A stretch of 64,000 nt of DNA from an uncultured virus (IMG/VR IMGVR_UViG_3300013121_000030) (Duplodnaviria; Heunggongvirae; Uroviricota; Caudoviricetes). Positions 1 through 10,126 of this stretch are shown in pieces (position 1 is the stretch's first letter; each line of letters begins with the position of its first letter). The notes under the pieces are model-generated. The model had not been told where the DNA came from. It made no database searches and saw only the letters and a list, made by a program, of their open reading frames with translations. The translations under genes and the position numbers were made by a program. The stretch lies in the IMG/VR virus record IMGVR_UViG_3300013121_000030, positions 128,001 to 192,000 of that record; one strand, 5' to 3'.

Positions 1-411
1 ATCGCAGTGAGCCTGGGCCTCCAGTACGGAGTGCCTTTGGAGGAGTACGTTGAGGCGTTTTGCTTCACTCGCTTTGAGCCCAATGGGCCGGTCTTCGGGC
101 ACCCCCACATCAAGATGTCGACGAGCATCATCGACTACATCTTCCGTGAGCTGGCAGTTACCTATTTGGAGAGGCACGATTTGGCACAAGTTCCGCCTTC
201 GGAGGATTTGAGGTCTTCCGCGGTGGAGATCGTCAAAGAGCTTCGGACTCCGGTTTTTGAGGTAGAAGATCGGAGTGTAGATACAATCCACATGGCTCGC
301 CTTCAGGGATATGAAGGCGAGGCATGTACTTCCTGCGGTTCCTTCACCATGGTCCGCAACGGGTCCTGTCTGAAATGTGTGAGCTGCGGAAATACTAGTG
401 GGTGCTCTTAG
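1..411 (+). CDS. nrdJ: Class II (B12-dependent) ribonucleotide reductase, C-terminal part (5' truncated)
   Basis: [30 protein letters not shown] and terminal Zn ribbon [23 protein letters not shown] typical of the NrdJ C-terminus; frame open to the window edge. Confidence 0.9.
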   Translation: MAVSLGLQYGVPLEEYVEAFCFTRFEPNGPVFGHPHIKMSTSIIDYIFRELAVTYLERHDLAQVPPSEDLRSSAVEIVKELRTPVFEVEDRSVDTIHMARLQGYEGEACTSCGSFTMVRNGSCLKCVSCGNTSGCS

Positions 412-457
412 TGAGAGACCATGAGGGGCCTCCATGAGGCCCCTCATGGTCTCTCAC
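411..457. terminator. Perfect 22-bp inverted repeat (hairpin) after nrdJ
   Basis: gtgagagaccatgaggggcctc-cat-gaggcccctcatggtctctcac; no U-tract, so terminator role is uncertain. Confidence 0.6.
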
Positions 458-485
458 AGACTACGCAAAATGGGTATTTTAGCCC

Positions 486-2732
486 ATGGCAAACAGGATC
501 TACAGAGGAATTGTCCGTAAGGTCGTTTTGGCGGGTTCGGACAATTTCTTCATTCTCAAAATGGACCTTGAGGATGAGGGGGAGGTGACCGTTGCGGGTT
601 CGGTGTTTGGGGTGTCAGTGGTTCGGGGGATGTCGTTGGCATTTGAGGGCGTACCCGATACTCACCCAAAATATGGTCCTCAGATCCGCATTGTGAGGGC
701 TCCTCTGACTCTTGCCGAGTGGTCATCGGGAGATGTCATAGAATTCTTGAGGGCATATGGGGCCGGAGATTTACTCCTCAAGAAAGTACGAGACTTCGCC
801 AGGGACAACCCTAATCAGTCCCTCTCGGAGGTCCTTGAAAAGGAGGAGCTTTCCCGGGAGAAGCTTGGGGAGGATGGTCCTCAACTCCACAGGATGTGGA
901 AGGTGTTGTCTGCGACAATCCAGGGGCATCAATTTCTCCATGGGATGGGGCTGACAGTTCCCCAGATTCAGGAGGTGTGGCGACGGTTGGGGGAGAAGAC
1001 TGTGGAGGTGGTGACTGAGGATCCTTGGGTTCTGTATGAGGCGGGGGTCCCGTTTGGGGTTGTGGATGAGATCACAACCAAGACAAAGACCAAGGCTTCT
1101 CCCACCTCCCCAAAGAGGATCGCCGCGAGCATGGCAGCAGTTGTGGGAAGGGGAGCGACAGAAGGACATTTGTTTTTGCCTGCCAGTTATGTGTTGGGGG
1201 CTGCCCAAGTCATGTGCCCGGAAGCCACACCAGAAGACCTGAAGAAGGGCATCCTGGCAGCTACAGAGGCAAAAATGCTGGTGGTCTCCAAGGACATGGG
1301 GGTGCCATTGATTTATCGGCATATGGCCTTTCAGGCCGAAGACCAGTCAGCGCGGTGGCTTGTGCGCCGTCTTTCCTCGGCGAAGCACTCCATGGTCAAT
1401 ATCCCCAAGGGGGAGGAACCACACCAGTGGGTGGAGCAATGGACAGCCCCCACGGGGATATCCTTGACGAGCGATCAGAAGACCGCAGTGGTCCGGGCTC
1501 TAGTTGAGCCCGTTTCAATTCTGACGGGTCTCCCTGGAACGGGGAAGACGATGACGCTTCGCATTGTCGTGAAAATCCTCAAGGATTTGGGGGAAAAATT
1601 TGCCCTCATGGCCCCCACAGGAATTGCCGCTAAGCGCATGGAAATCCTCACTGGATCCCCCGCAACCACAATCCATCGAGCTTTTCAGGCATCTCGTGTG
1701 GGACGTGTGGACAACGAGAGAGACTCTGATTACGCGGGGATTGTGGGTTCGTCGGTGGGGGTGGAGTGGGATGATGTGGATCAAGATTGGTCCAGAATGT
1801 TCGATGTTCGTCTCATCATTGTGGATGAGTGCAGCATGATGGACCAGGTGCTCCTGTGGAAGATCTTGGAGAACACTCCGGACACCTGTCGATTGATGTT
1901 TGTGGGAGATGCGGCGCAGCTCCCCTCCGTGGGCCCTGGGCAAGTCCTACATGAGATGATCCGCTCTGGCGCTTTTCCCGTCACGGACCTCAAAGACATT
2001 TTTCGTCAAAAACAGACCTCCCCAATTGTTTTTGCCTCTCATGCGATCCATCGAGGTGTCGACCCTATCCCCGGGGGAGACTTCGATTTCCGCCCCATTG
2101 CGTCCGAGGCGGATGTCGTGTCAGCGATTGAAGAGGAGGCAGTCCGTCTTTTTGAGAGAGCGGAATCGTTTCAGGTGTTGTCGCCTCGCCATAATGGGGA
2201 TGTGGGGGTGACTGAGCTAAATCGCAGATTGAGGATGAAAATCAATCCGGCGACGACTTCATCGCGGGAGGCCAAAATCGGGGGTGAGACCATCCGGGAG
2301 GGGGATCGGGTGATGGTCTGCAAAAACAATTACAGACTGTCAATCTACAATGGGGATATTGGCAAGGTTGTAGCAATTCAGTACGTTGCAGACAAAAGCA
2401 CAACAGTGATTGAGGTCAAGATCTTTGGAGCTGTGCCTACCTATGTCACATTGACTTTGGAGGAGGCAAGGACTTTGCTGCGGTTGGCCTATGCAATGAC
2501 GGTCCACAAGAGTCAAGGGCAGGAATACGAGAATATCCTCATGCCATGGACAATGTCGATGGGGAGGCAGCTCCAACGGACTCTTCTCTACACAGCGATA
2601 ACACGGGCCAAGCGACGGGTGGTTATTTTTGGTCACTGGGAGGCGGTCCAGCGTGCAGTGACAAATGCCGAGCAGGCGTCACGGAACACGTTTTTGGCGA
2701 AGCGCATCTCGGGGTATATGGGCTCGTTGTGA
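486..2732 (+). CDS. recD2: RecD2-like SF1B helicase
   Basis: N-terminal HPKYGPQ, Walker A GLPGTGKT, APTGIAAKR, TIHR, IVDECSM, VGDAAQLPSVGPG, AYAMTVHKSQGQE, LLYTAITRAK. Confidence 0.92.
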   Translation: MANRIYRGIVRKVVLAGSDNFFILKMDLEDEGEVTVAGSVFGVSVVRGMSLAFEGVPDTHPKYGPQIRIVRAPLTLAEWSSGDVIEFLRAYGAGDLLLKKVRDFARDNPNQSLSEVLEKEELSREKLGEDGPQLHRMWKVLSATIQGHQFLHGMGLTVPQIQEVWRRLGEKTVEVVTEDPWVLYEAGVPFGVVDEITTKTKTKASPTSPKRIAASMAAVVGRGATEGHLFLPASYVLGAAQVMCPEATPEDLKKGILAATEAKMLVVSKDMGVPLIYRHMAFQAEDQSARWLVRRLSSAKHSMVNIPKGEEPHQWVEQWTAPTGISLTSDQKTAVVRALVEPVSILTGLPGTGKTMTLRIVVKILKDLGEKFALMAPTGIAAKRMEILTGSPATTIHRAFQASRVGRVDNERDSDYAGIVGSSVGVEWDDVDQDWSRMFDVRLIIVDECSMMDQVLLWKILENTPDTCRLMFVGDAAQLPSVGPGQVLHEMIRSGAFPVTDLKDIFRQKQTSPIVFASHAIHRGVDPIPGGDFDFRPIASEADVVSAIEEEAVRLFERAESFQVLSPRHNGDVGVTELNRRLRMKINPATTSSREAKIGGETIREGDRVMVCKNNYRLSIYNGDIGKVVAIQYVADKSTTVIEVKIFGAVPTYVTLTLEEARTLLRLAYAMTVHKSQGQEYENILMPWTMSMGRQLQRTLLYTAITRAKRRVVIFGHWEAVQRAVTNAEQASRNTFLAKRISGYMGSL

Positions 2733-2739
2733 GGTGTGG

Positions 2740-3168
2740 ATGGTAGACACGAAGCAGAAGATGAACCCCGTACGCAGGGTGGCCCAAAACCTACGGATTA
2801 CAAAGGTTGTGGTGACGAGGAGTCTGTCCACTCCCTCGGGCAGTTTTTTTGTAGCCTTCTCCGCAGCCTCCTCGTCAACCCAGTGTGATTTTGGGGGGGA
2901 AGGCGCAGATGCTCTCCCCACGAAGGAAGAGGATGACGCTTATGCTTCCCAAGGGTTGACATTGGCGGAGGCTGACATCGCCAGAACAATTCTGGCCCGC
3001 AACGTTGAACTTGCGGTTTTGAGTGACGCACGATTGGCAGGGGCAATCACAGAAGAGATGTTTGCAGACTCCGTTGTGGGAGTGAAAAATTCCTTCAATG
3101 CGGCGTTGGCGCGAATGATGACGGACCCCAAGGCCGCTGCCTCAACTCAGGAAAGCGACGGAAAATGA
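2740..3168 (+). CDS. Hypothetical protein
   Basis: ATG 2740 with gagg SD; stop overlaps the next start. Confidence 0.6.
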   Translation: MVDTKQKMNPVRRVAQNLRITKVVVTRSLSTPSGSFFVAFSAASSSTQCDFGGEGADALPTKEEDDAYASQGLTLAEADIARTILARNVELAVLSDARLAGAITEEMFADSVVGVKNSFNAALARMMTDPKAAASTQESDGK

Positions 3169-3842
3169 CAACTGTACTTGATTTGACTCCAGAGGAAGCA
3201 ACCAAGCTTCTGGTGGTGGATGAGGATTGGCTTGATCGGAGCTACAAGAGCATGGAGGGGTTCACAGTGGAGTTGGACCCAAACCCCATCGAATTTGGTC
3301 CTGGGAGGATTGTAGAGAAGATCCACCAGCTGCGCAATTTCCAGAATCGGGTGCGAGACATGGACCTTCAGGCATCCCGGGATTTGTCTCGTGTCCGCCG
3401 CCTCAAGTCTCACTTGGAGGCATCCTATAATGCGCACAGGGACCACCTGTTGTCGACCAATCTGAATGTTAGGGTTCAGAAGTCCGCTGGGGACCGTGTG
3501 GCAATGGTCAACGTCCATCTTCCAAATCTGGTCCAGGCGTTGGAGGGGCTCAAGATCCAGGAGCAGCAGTTGGTGGGGTTCCTGGCGGCCGTCAAGACGA
3601 CGACGAGCAACCTCAGGGACACGGACCGCCAAATCAATGCCCAGATTCGCCTCGTGGGACAGGAGATTAGTCTGGGGGCTCAGTGGATGAGTGGGGGGAT
3701 GATAGACCCCAAGACCAGGGGGGTTCAGGACAAGATTGAGTTTGACATGGATTTCAGCGCCTTTGAAGAGGCACTGACAGACACTCCAAAAACACCCAAA
3801 GAAAAGTTCGTCGACGAGATCGACAAGGTTTTGGCGTCTTGA
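3165..3842 (+). CDS. Hypothetical coiled-coil protein of the recombination module
   Basis: 225-aa helical ORF with ATGA coupling. Confidence 0.65.
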   Translation: MTTVLDLTPEEATKLLVVDEDWLDRSYKSMEGFTVELDPNPIEFGPGRIVEKIHQLRNFQNRVRDMDLQASRDLSRVRRLKSHLEASYNAHRDHLLSTNLNVRVQKSAGDRVAMVNVHLPNLVQALEGLKIQEQQLVGFLAAVKTTTSNLRDTDRQINAQIRLVGQEISLGAQWMSGGMIDPKTRGVQDKIEFDMDFSAFEEALTDTPKTPKEKFVDEIDKVLAS

Positions 3843-3945
3843 TCTGGACGAGATCAAGGGGTTGGTGTAGTATATATTCACTCGGGTGGCATCCGGCCAT
3901 TCAAGGAAATCCGAACGCCCGTAGGGCAAAGAGGAATTGAAACCA

Positions 3946-4896
3946 ATGGCGAAGTTCAGTATTCCGAAATCAACGGATGGTGTAGGCAACATCAACAACT
4001 TCCAAACCCACAGGTTGGGGAAGTTTGAGGTTTCCAAGCTCAATGAGCCTTATCGGCTGAGTTTGGTGTGGTGGCCGGTGATGTTCGCGGACTACAAGGG
4101 ACCCATGTCCGTAGACATGTTCCTGGACGCTTACCGAGAGTTTCGGGAGGCGCAGGCGCAATTTGCGTCCACAGGTGAGAAGTCGGACGCACTGGATTAT
4201 TTCAGTGCTCCACAGGTGGTGGCTCGGTATCAAGGCTACGACAAAAACCCCAATGGGGCCAAGTATATCGTCGCTCGCTCAGAGAGCGAAGTTGAGAAGC
4301 TTGGAAAGGTCTATGACTCGCTGGGTTTGGTCCGTCCTGAGATGAAGGAGAGGATCAACACCTACGTGGTCCAGTGGCAGATCTCAAACAAGCTGACCCC
4401 AGTTTGGTCCGCTATTTTTGAGGATGACTACGAGCCAGAGGTGATCCGGCTGAGCATGACCAAAAACACAAACAGCCATCTTGCAACGCTGATGCAAGCT
4501 GGAAAGTCGTTTGTGGATCATGATGTTTTGATCAAGGCGACCACGAACAAGTGGATCTACAACCCCACGGATGCGAAGGACAGCACATTCTTCAAGATGG
4601 CGGATGTGCTTCTTCGGGACCCTCAGGGTGAGAAGGCAGAGAAAATCCGGAAGGTTCTCCAGAAGATCCTGGATGTGGTGGCTGATCACACAGAAGGGAA
4701 GCGTTCCGCGGTGGACGTTATCCTGGACGAATTGGGCAAGCCCTACACTCCAGAGGCACTCAAGGCCAAACTGAAGGGGTCCGCTGGAGCAGCAGCCTCG
4801 CCCGCCTTTGGCGAGGCGTCGGGAATCTCAGTCCCAGATCCAACAGAGATGGTCCCAGACATCGACGTGGATTCGATTTTGTCAGACATTGTCTGA
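3946..4896 (+). CDS. Putative ssDNA-binding protein
   Basis: Lies before RuvC/RecA, has an acidic C-terminal tail (PDIDVDSILSDIV) and a gagg SD; function inferred from context only. Confidence 0.4.
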   Translation: MAKFSIPKSTDGVGNINNFQTHRLGKFEVSKLNEPYRLSLVWWPVMFADYKGPMSVDMFLDAYREFREAQAQFASTGEKSDALDYFSAPQVVARYQGYDKNPNGAKYIVARSESEVEKLGKVYDSLGLVRPEMKERINTYVVQWQISNKLTPVWSAIFEDDYEPEVIRLSMTKNTNSHLATLMQAGKSFVDHDVLIKATTNKWIYNPTDAKDSTFFKMADVLLRDPQGEKAEKIRKVLQKILDVVADHTEGKRSAVDVILDELGKPYTPEALKAKLKGSAGAAASPAFGEASGISVPDPTEMVPDIDVDSILSDIV

Positions 4897-4955
4897 CGTC
4901 CGGTCGGGAGTAAATCGCGCAGCTCTCTCGGGGGTAATTCCTCAAAGGGGGCTGC

Positions 4956-5762
4956 GTGATTTACTTGGGGTTGGATCCGTCATTGACAAATTTTGGGTGG
5001 GCTCTTGTGGAGAGCTTGGATGGTGAAGTTCTTCGGGTGCGGGATCGCGGGAGATTTCAAACGGGCCCAGATGAATTTCCCGATTTTGTGGCAAGGTACT
5101 GCCACATCCGGGCTTGTGTTTTGCGTCTCCTTCGCAAAACACGTCCTACCGCAGTAGGGATTGAGCACAGCATCTTCAGCGGCTATTTCACCGAGGGCAT
5201 GTATGGCCTTTTCCTTTTTACAATGGAAGCCATCCGGGAGTCCCGCAAAGATGTGGTGATGTTCTCACCAGACCAAGTGAAGTTGTTTGCGAGGGAGAAA
5301 TTGGGGAGACCGCGATGGTGGAAGATGAAGAAGTCGGACATGGTGGAGGCTGCGCAGGCTTACCAAGTGCCTGACTACTCAAAGCCAGATCGGGGTACAA
5401 AGTCCCGACGATGGGACCACAACGAGGCGGATGCGTTTCACGTTGCAGCAGCATCCGCAAGGTTTTGGCAGACCTTCCACAAAATCATCCCTCCGTCGTC
5501 ATTGACGGAGGACGAATTGCGGATCTTTTTGGGCGGAAAGCGCACAAACAAGGGGATCAAGACTTCTCCAAAAGGGTTTGTGTACCGTCCCAACGATCGG
5601 TTTTACAAGTGGGGTCAATCCTCAACACTGACGGAAATCGTCAGGGAATTTGAGCGGGAAATTCATGGCACGACCGAAAAAGACCAGCGAGACCATTCAG
5701 CCAACTCAGAGCGCTCTTCAACGAACGAGGGAAGCTCTGGAGAAGGTTCTGAACAAGGATGA
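4956..5762 (+). CDS. ruvC: RuvC-like Holliday junction resolvase
   Basis: YLGLDPSLTNFGWA, VGIEH, K..MV, HNEADA catalytic pattern. Confidence 0.85.
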   Translation: MIYLGLDPSLTNFGWALVESLDGEVLRVRDRGRFQTGPDEFPDFVARYCHIRACVLRLLRKTRPTAVGIEHSIFSGYFTEGMYGLFLFTMEAIRESRKDVVMFSPDQVKLFAREKLGRPRWWKMKKSDMVEAAQAYQVPDYSKPDRGTKSRRWDHNEADAFHVAAASARFWQTFHKIIPPSSLTEDELRIFLGGKRTNKGIKTSPKGFVYRPNDRFYKWGQSSTLTEIVREFEREIHGTTEKDQRDHSANSERSSTNEGSSGEGSEQG

Positions 5763-6882
5763 CCAAGACTACGAGGTGGAGCTGGACCCCTCAAAATTCA
5801 AGGTAGTCCAACCCGTTCTCAAGACGGGATCTATCATCGTGGACAACTTCCTGGGGGGATCCCCCAATACATATGGGGTGGTGCCATTTCCTGGCATCCC
5901 CAAGGGGAGGGTCATGAATCTTTATGGTCATGAGTCTTCTGGGAAGACCACCCTGGCTCTCACAATCGCGGCTCAGACGATTCGTGATGGCGGGACGGTG
6001 GCATATATTGACTGGGAGCAGGAGATCAACCCCACTTACGCCGAGACCATTGGGATCCCCATTGGGGACAAGTCGAAGTTCATGCTGACCCAGCCCAACA
6101 CCCTGGAGCAGGGGTGTAAGATTGCAGCAACGGCAATGGCTGCTGGGGTGTCTCTGATCGTCCTGGACTCAGTGGGTTCAGCTCAGCCCCAGAAGCTCAA
6201 GGAGCAGAAGATCGGCGACCTGGGAGAGCCCCAGAGAATCGGGTTGGCCAATCAGTTTTGGTCCAACGCCTTCTTTCCGAAGGTGAAACCCATCCTCAAC
6301 AAGACCGGGACGGTGCTCCTCGGCATCTCCCAAACCCGCGCGAATATTCAGACGACGGGCTACGGAGGGGACACCATAACGGTTCAAGGAGGGAACCCGT
6401 GGAAGTTCTATTCAGCGCTTCGGCTCCGTCTCCAGAGGATTCAAACGGATAAGGGAAAGAAGTTCAACCCCATCAAAAATGAATGGGAGGACGCTCCTGT
6501 TGGGATGTTTGTCAAGATCAAGGCAGACAAGATCAAGTTCTCGAACCAGCAGGGAAACGAAGAGGTCATCTACATCCGTTTTGGCCAGGGGGTAGACAAC
6601 CTTCGCTCCATCATTGAGGTGGCCATTCGCTATGGTGTGGTGAGCAAGGGAGGGGCGTGGTATGTGTGGCATCAGCCACAGGGTGAGGATGTCAAATTCC
6701 AGGGGGTTGACAAGCTTCAGGCATTTGTGGCTTCAGATGCAGCACGTACGGCGGCTATGTTTGGGCAAGTGCAGAAGAAGATGCAAGAGGCGTTCTCATC
6801 TTCAACGCAAGTTGCTGTAGCCGACGATATCGCGGCGGAGCTGGCCGGCGAACTCGACGGCATGTTCGCTGAGTTCGACTGA
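5665..6882 (+). CDS. recA: RecA recombinase
   Basis: GIPKGRV, YGHESSGKTT, IDWEQ, IVLDSV, GGNPWKFYSALRL, KGGAWY. Confidence 0.95.
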   Translation: MARPKKTSETIQPTQSALQRTREALEKVLNKDDQDYEVELDPSKFKVVQPVLKTGSIIVDNFLGGSPNTYGVVPFPGIPKGRVMNLYGHESSGKTTLALTIAAQTIRDGGTVAYIDWEQEINPTYAETIGIPIGDKSKFMLTQPNTLEQGCKIAATAMAAGVSLIVLDSVGSAQPQKLKEQKIGDLGEPQRIGLANQFWSNAFFPKVKPILNKTGTVLLGISQTRANIQTTGYGGDTITVQGGNPWKFYSALRLRLQRIQTDKGKKFNPIKNEWEDAPVGMFVKIKADKIKFSNQQGNEEVIYIRFGQGVDNLRSIIEVAIRYGVVSKGGAWYVWHQPQGEDVKFQGVDKLQAFVASDAARTAAMFGQVQKKMQEAFSSSTQVAVADDIAAELAGELDGMFAEFD

Positions 6883-6895
6883 TCACAGGAGCCCC

Positions 6896-8002
6896 ATGCC
6901 ATTCAGTGTCCGAGTCAAAAACTTTCAGTCTCTCAAAGATGTGAAAATTGAGGTGGAGGGGTTGACTGTGGTGACCGGAACCAATAATGCGGGTAAGTCT
7001 GCTTTGGTTCGGGCACTCCACGGAGCCTTCTCCAACACCCGTGGCTCGGATTTTGTTCGGCATGGGGAGTCCTCCTCTTCGGTGGAAGTCCTTTTCAAAG
7101 ATGGGCATTCTGTTCTTTGGGAGAAGGGACCCAAGACAAATCGATATGTAGTGGATGGCCAGGTTTTGGATCGTGCCGAACGAGGGCCCCCAACCGATGT
7201 GCAAAATCTTGGTGTCCGAGCGATTCAGGCAGGAGGGATGGATCTGTGGCCACAGGTTGCACGTCAGTTAGACGGAGTGGTCTTCCTTTTTGACCAGCAA
7301 GGCCATGTCATGGCCGAGGCGGTGTCGGATGCAGAGAGGGTCACAGTCCTCACGAAGGCTCTCCGGCTGTCTGAATCCGAGTCCAGGCAAACCAACTCCG
7401 AGGTAAAAATCAGAAAGAGGGATTTGGAGGAAATCCGGGCCAGAGAGGCTATCTTTGTGGGCCTCGGTCCTCTCCAGGAGGAGTTCAAGATCCTTCGAGC
7501 GCGTGAGGATGCGTGTCGGGCGAGGGAAGCGAGCCTGGAGAAATGGAAGGGAGTCCTGGAGAGATGGCAGCACTGCAAGAAAGAGATCCGTCTCCTTGCT
7601 GACGTGGATCGAGTTTCCAGTCTCCTACCTCGACCAGAAGCTGTTGGGGCCATTCCTTCAAAACTAAAGAGCATTGACTCCCTGAAGAATCTCCAAGCCT
7701 CTTACCAGGCAAAAAAGGTCCAGGCCCAACGGTGGCATGGGGTGAGTTTTTCGGAGGTGGCCGATGCCGCGGAGGACATCAAAGGTGGACTGGAAAAAGT
7801 TCGCCAGCGACACCAAACGCTGATCTCTCTTCGAGAGATTCATCAGAAAATCAAGGACAGCGAGAGGGTTGCCGAATCCATCCGTAAGGATGAGGGCAAC
7901 CTTCTGAAAACCATCCAGGAAGTCCACGAAGCTCTGGAACGCCTAGTTCAGGCAGGGGAAAGGTGCCCGACCTGTAGCCAGGAGATCAAAGGACTGCCAT
8001 GA
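6896..8002 (+). CDS. Rad50/SbcC ATPase, N-terminal half
   Basis: VKNFQS, Walker A GTNNAGKSALVRAL, Q-loop, coiled coil, C-terminal CPTC zinc hook; no Walker B. Confidence 0.85.
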   Translation: MPFSVRVKNFQSLKDVKIEVEGLTVVTGTNNAGKSALVRALHGAFSNTRGSDFVRHGESSSSVEVLFKDGHSVLWEKGPKTNRYVVDGQVLDRAERGPPTDVQNLGVRAIQAGGMDLWPQVARQLDGVVFLFDQQGHVMAEAVSDAERVTVLTKALRLSESESRQTNSEVKIRKRDLEEIRAREAIFVGLGPLQEEFKILRAREDACRAREASLEKWKGVLERWQHCKKEIRLLADVDRVSSLLPRPEAVGAIPSKLKSIDSLKNLQASYQAKKVQAQRWHGVSFSEVADAAEDIKGGLEKVRQRHQTLISLREIHQKIKDSERVAESIRKDEGNLLKTIQEVHEALERLVQAGERCPTCSQEIKGLP

Positions 8003-8976
8003 TTTCTCTGTTGTGGAGGACAGACGTTCATATCTCAGATCATACGCCCGTATCTCGCAAGGATGTATGGTCCGAAACGGTGTTGTCAAAGCTGATCCAA
8101 ATTGGGGAGCTGTGTCGACAACATCGGGTGGATGCAGTTTTGGATGGTGGGGACTTCTTCAGTGATAAGACCCCATCGAGGGTGAGCCATGAGCTGGTGA
8201 CGAGGATTTCCCGTGTTCACGCGGGCTATCCGTGCCCCATCTTGGCGAATGTTGGGAACCACGATGTTCCCTATGCAAAGCTATCCAAACTTCCAGAATC
8301 CCCTCTGGAAACGTTGTTTGTCGCTGGGGTTTTCCGGAGGTGCTATGAGGAGTACGAGTCGATCCTTGAGAAGGATGGGGTAAAGGTTCGGGTGGTGGGG
8401 ATTCCTTACCATGGGACGAAGTACGATCTGGAGAGGTTTCAAGTCAAAAAGAAGGATGAGGACTATCTCGTGGTCATGGCCCATGTACTTGCGAGCCCTG
8501 TTAAGACCACAATGTTCGAGAGAGAGGACATCGTTCAATATGCACTTCTGGAGGAGTTGGGGCCGGAAGTGAATGTGTGGTGTTTTGGCCATTGGCACTT
8601 GGACCAAGGGGTGACTCGTCTTCCGGGAGGTTCCTACGTTGTGAACGTGGGGAGCCTGACTCGTGGGAGTCTTGTAGAGGATTCCCTTAGCCGCATTCCC
8701 AAAGTGGTTTTGCTTCAATTCGGAGACGACTTAAAGGTCCAGGAGGTACCGTTGGTGGTGGTTCCTGGAATGGATGTTTTCGATGTCCACCGGAGGATCA
8801 CGGAAGAGACAGATGAGGTGATGCTATCAATCTTTTCCAGGTCGTTGACCGCATCCCTGAGCGCGGTGGACCAGAGCGTTTCCCTGGAGGACCAAGTTAG
8901 GCAGACAGTCCAACAGGGAGATGTTCGGGACCTAGTTCTGGATTTTATCGGTCGTGCTCGCCACGACATGAAGTAG
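7999..8976 (+). CDS. Mre11/SbcD-like metallophosphoesterase nuclease
   Basis: DVH, GGDFF, GNHD, AH, GHWH, NVGSL.R motifs. Confidence 0.88.
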   Translation: MISLLWRTDVHISDHTPVSRKDVWSETVLSKLIQIGELCRQHRVDAVLDGGDFFSDKTPSRVSHELVTRISRVHAGYPCPILANVGNHDVPYAKLSKLPESPLETLFVAGVFRRCYEEYESILEKDGVKVRVVGIPYHGTKYDLERFQVKKKDEDYLVVMAHVLASPVKTTMFEREDIVQYALLEELGPEVNVWCFGHWHLDQGVTRLPGGSYVVNVGSLTRGSLVEDSLSRIPKVVLLQFGDDLKVQEVPLVVVPGMDVFDVHRRITEETDEVMLSIFSRSLTASLSAVDQSVSLEDQVRQTVQQGDVRDLVLDFIGRARHDMK

Positions 8977-8982
8977 GTTCAT

Positions 8983-9849
8983 ATGAGTGCCTCAGTCCTT
9001 TCGTGGTCGGATGTCTCAACTTATTCGACCTGCCCCAGAAAATTTTTGTGGTCGATGGGGTGGCCTGGGATTGATGTGGGAGGAGGACCAGGCCGAAGGA
9101 AGCCCTGTCCAATCCACGTTGAAAAGAAGCATGCCTTGATGGGGCAAGCAATCCAGCAGGTCTTGGAGGACTTCTACAATTTTCGTATTTGGGAGAGGTT
9201 CCCTGAGGAGGATCGCTTAGCATCTGCACTGACGAAGCTGACGGAGGCTAGAGTCCGCCAAGCCTATTTGCGGAGAAAAGGGCCTCCCGACCCCATAATC
9301 TTCACCGAGATGCTCGACACCTGCACACAAGGAGTGTTGGGGTTTGTCCCAACACTGAAGGGGTCTGGGTTCTGGGGGATGGAGATGAAGCCGGAAGTCC
9401 CACTGGAGATGGACGTGGGAGATGGGGTGAAAATTGGTGGGAGAGTGGACTTTTTGGTGGAGCCCCAAGATGGGGGGATGATTCTTGATGGAAAGAACTC
9501 CCAGTCCAAGAAAAACGTGGATCCGGACCAGCTGAGGTGGTATGGGGTTCTCTTCAAGAGCCATTATGGGATCCCACCCAAGTCGTTGGGGTTTGTCTGG
9601 TATCGACATCCCTATGTCTCAGGGACCCCCGAGACTGGGATTACGTGGCACACCATGACTCCCCAGGATGAGTCCAGGATGGTAGAGAAGGCGAAGAAAG
9701 TGAGATTTAGGATGGACGATCACCAATTTGATCCGCAACCCTCAGCCGCAAACTGCAGATTTTGCGATTATGCTTCGGTTTGTTCGGAACGTTTTACATC
9801 GGCATCATCGGGTGACTTTCCAGAAGGGCCCATGAGCCTCGGAGGATGA
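8983..9849 (+). CDS. PD-(D/E)XK exonuclease, Cas4/RecB-like
   Basis: CPRKF, GRVD, ILDGK, QL.WY, CRFCDYASVC (1+3 Cys Fe-S pattern). Confidence 0.85.
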   Translation: MSASVLSWSDVSTYSTCPRKFLWSMGWPGIDVGGGPGRRKPCPIHVEKKHALMGQAIQQVLEDFYNFRIWERFPEEDRLASALTKLTEARVRQAYLRRKGPPDPIIFTEMLDTCTQGVLGFVPTLKGSGFWGMEMKPEVPLEMDVGDGVKIGGRVDFLVEPQDGGMILDGKNSQSKKNVDPDQLRWYGVLFKSHYGIPPKSLGFVWYRHPYVSGTPETGITWHTMTPQDESRMVEKAKKVRFRMDDHQFDPQPSAANCRFCDYASVCSERFTSASSGDFPEGPMSLGG

Positions 9850-9853
9850 GATT

Positions 9854-10126
9854 ATGTCTGCAACATTTGAGGTATTGCTCCGCAGGTACAACACTCTCCA
9901 GAGTGAACTCCAACGGATCCAGGGCCGCAAGGAAGAGGCCGAGCGTCAGCTTGAGTCCTTGCGAACAGCATGCATAGCGAAGCAAATTGATCCTGAGACT
10001 CTGGGGGAAAGAATCCAAAATATGGAGAGCGACTTGGCACGTGAGATGGCTTCTTTGGAGGGGGACCTGACACGTGTTGAAAAGGAAGCCTCAGTGCTAT
10101 TGAAGCAGGCAATGGAAGGTGCTTGA
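9854..10126 (+). CDS. Small coiled-coil protein
   Basis: 90 aa, heptad-rich, coupled to its neighbours. Confidence 0.65.
   Translation: MSATFEVLLRRYNTLQSELQRIQGRKEEAERQLESLRTACIAKQIDPETLGERIQNMESDLAREMASLEGDLTRVEKEASVLLKQAMEGA

Noticed and set aside
3147-4043. Long antisense ORFs (also 28982-29722, 45794-46648, 50979-51998)
   Set aside because: They overlap better-supported genes and show no protein motifs.
8983-9849. Cas4-like gene as evidence of a CRISPR-Cas system
   Set aside because: No repeat-spacer array or other cas genes; it sits in a recombination operon where such nucleases are common.
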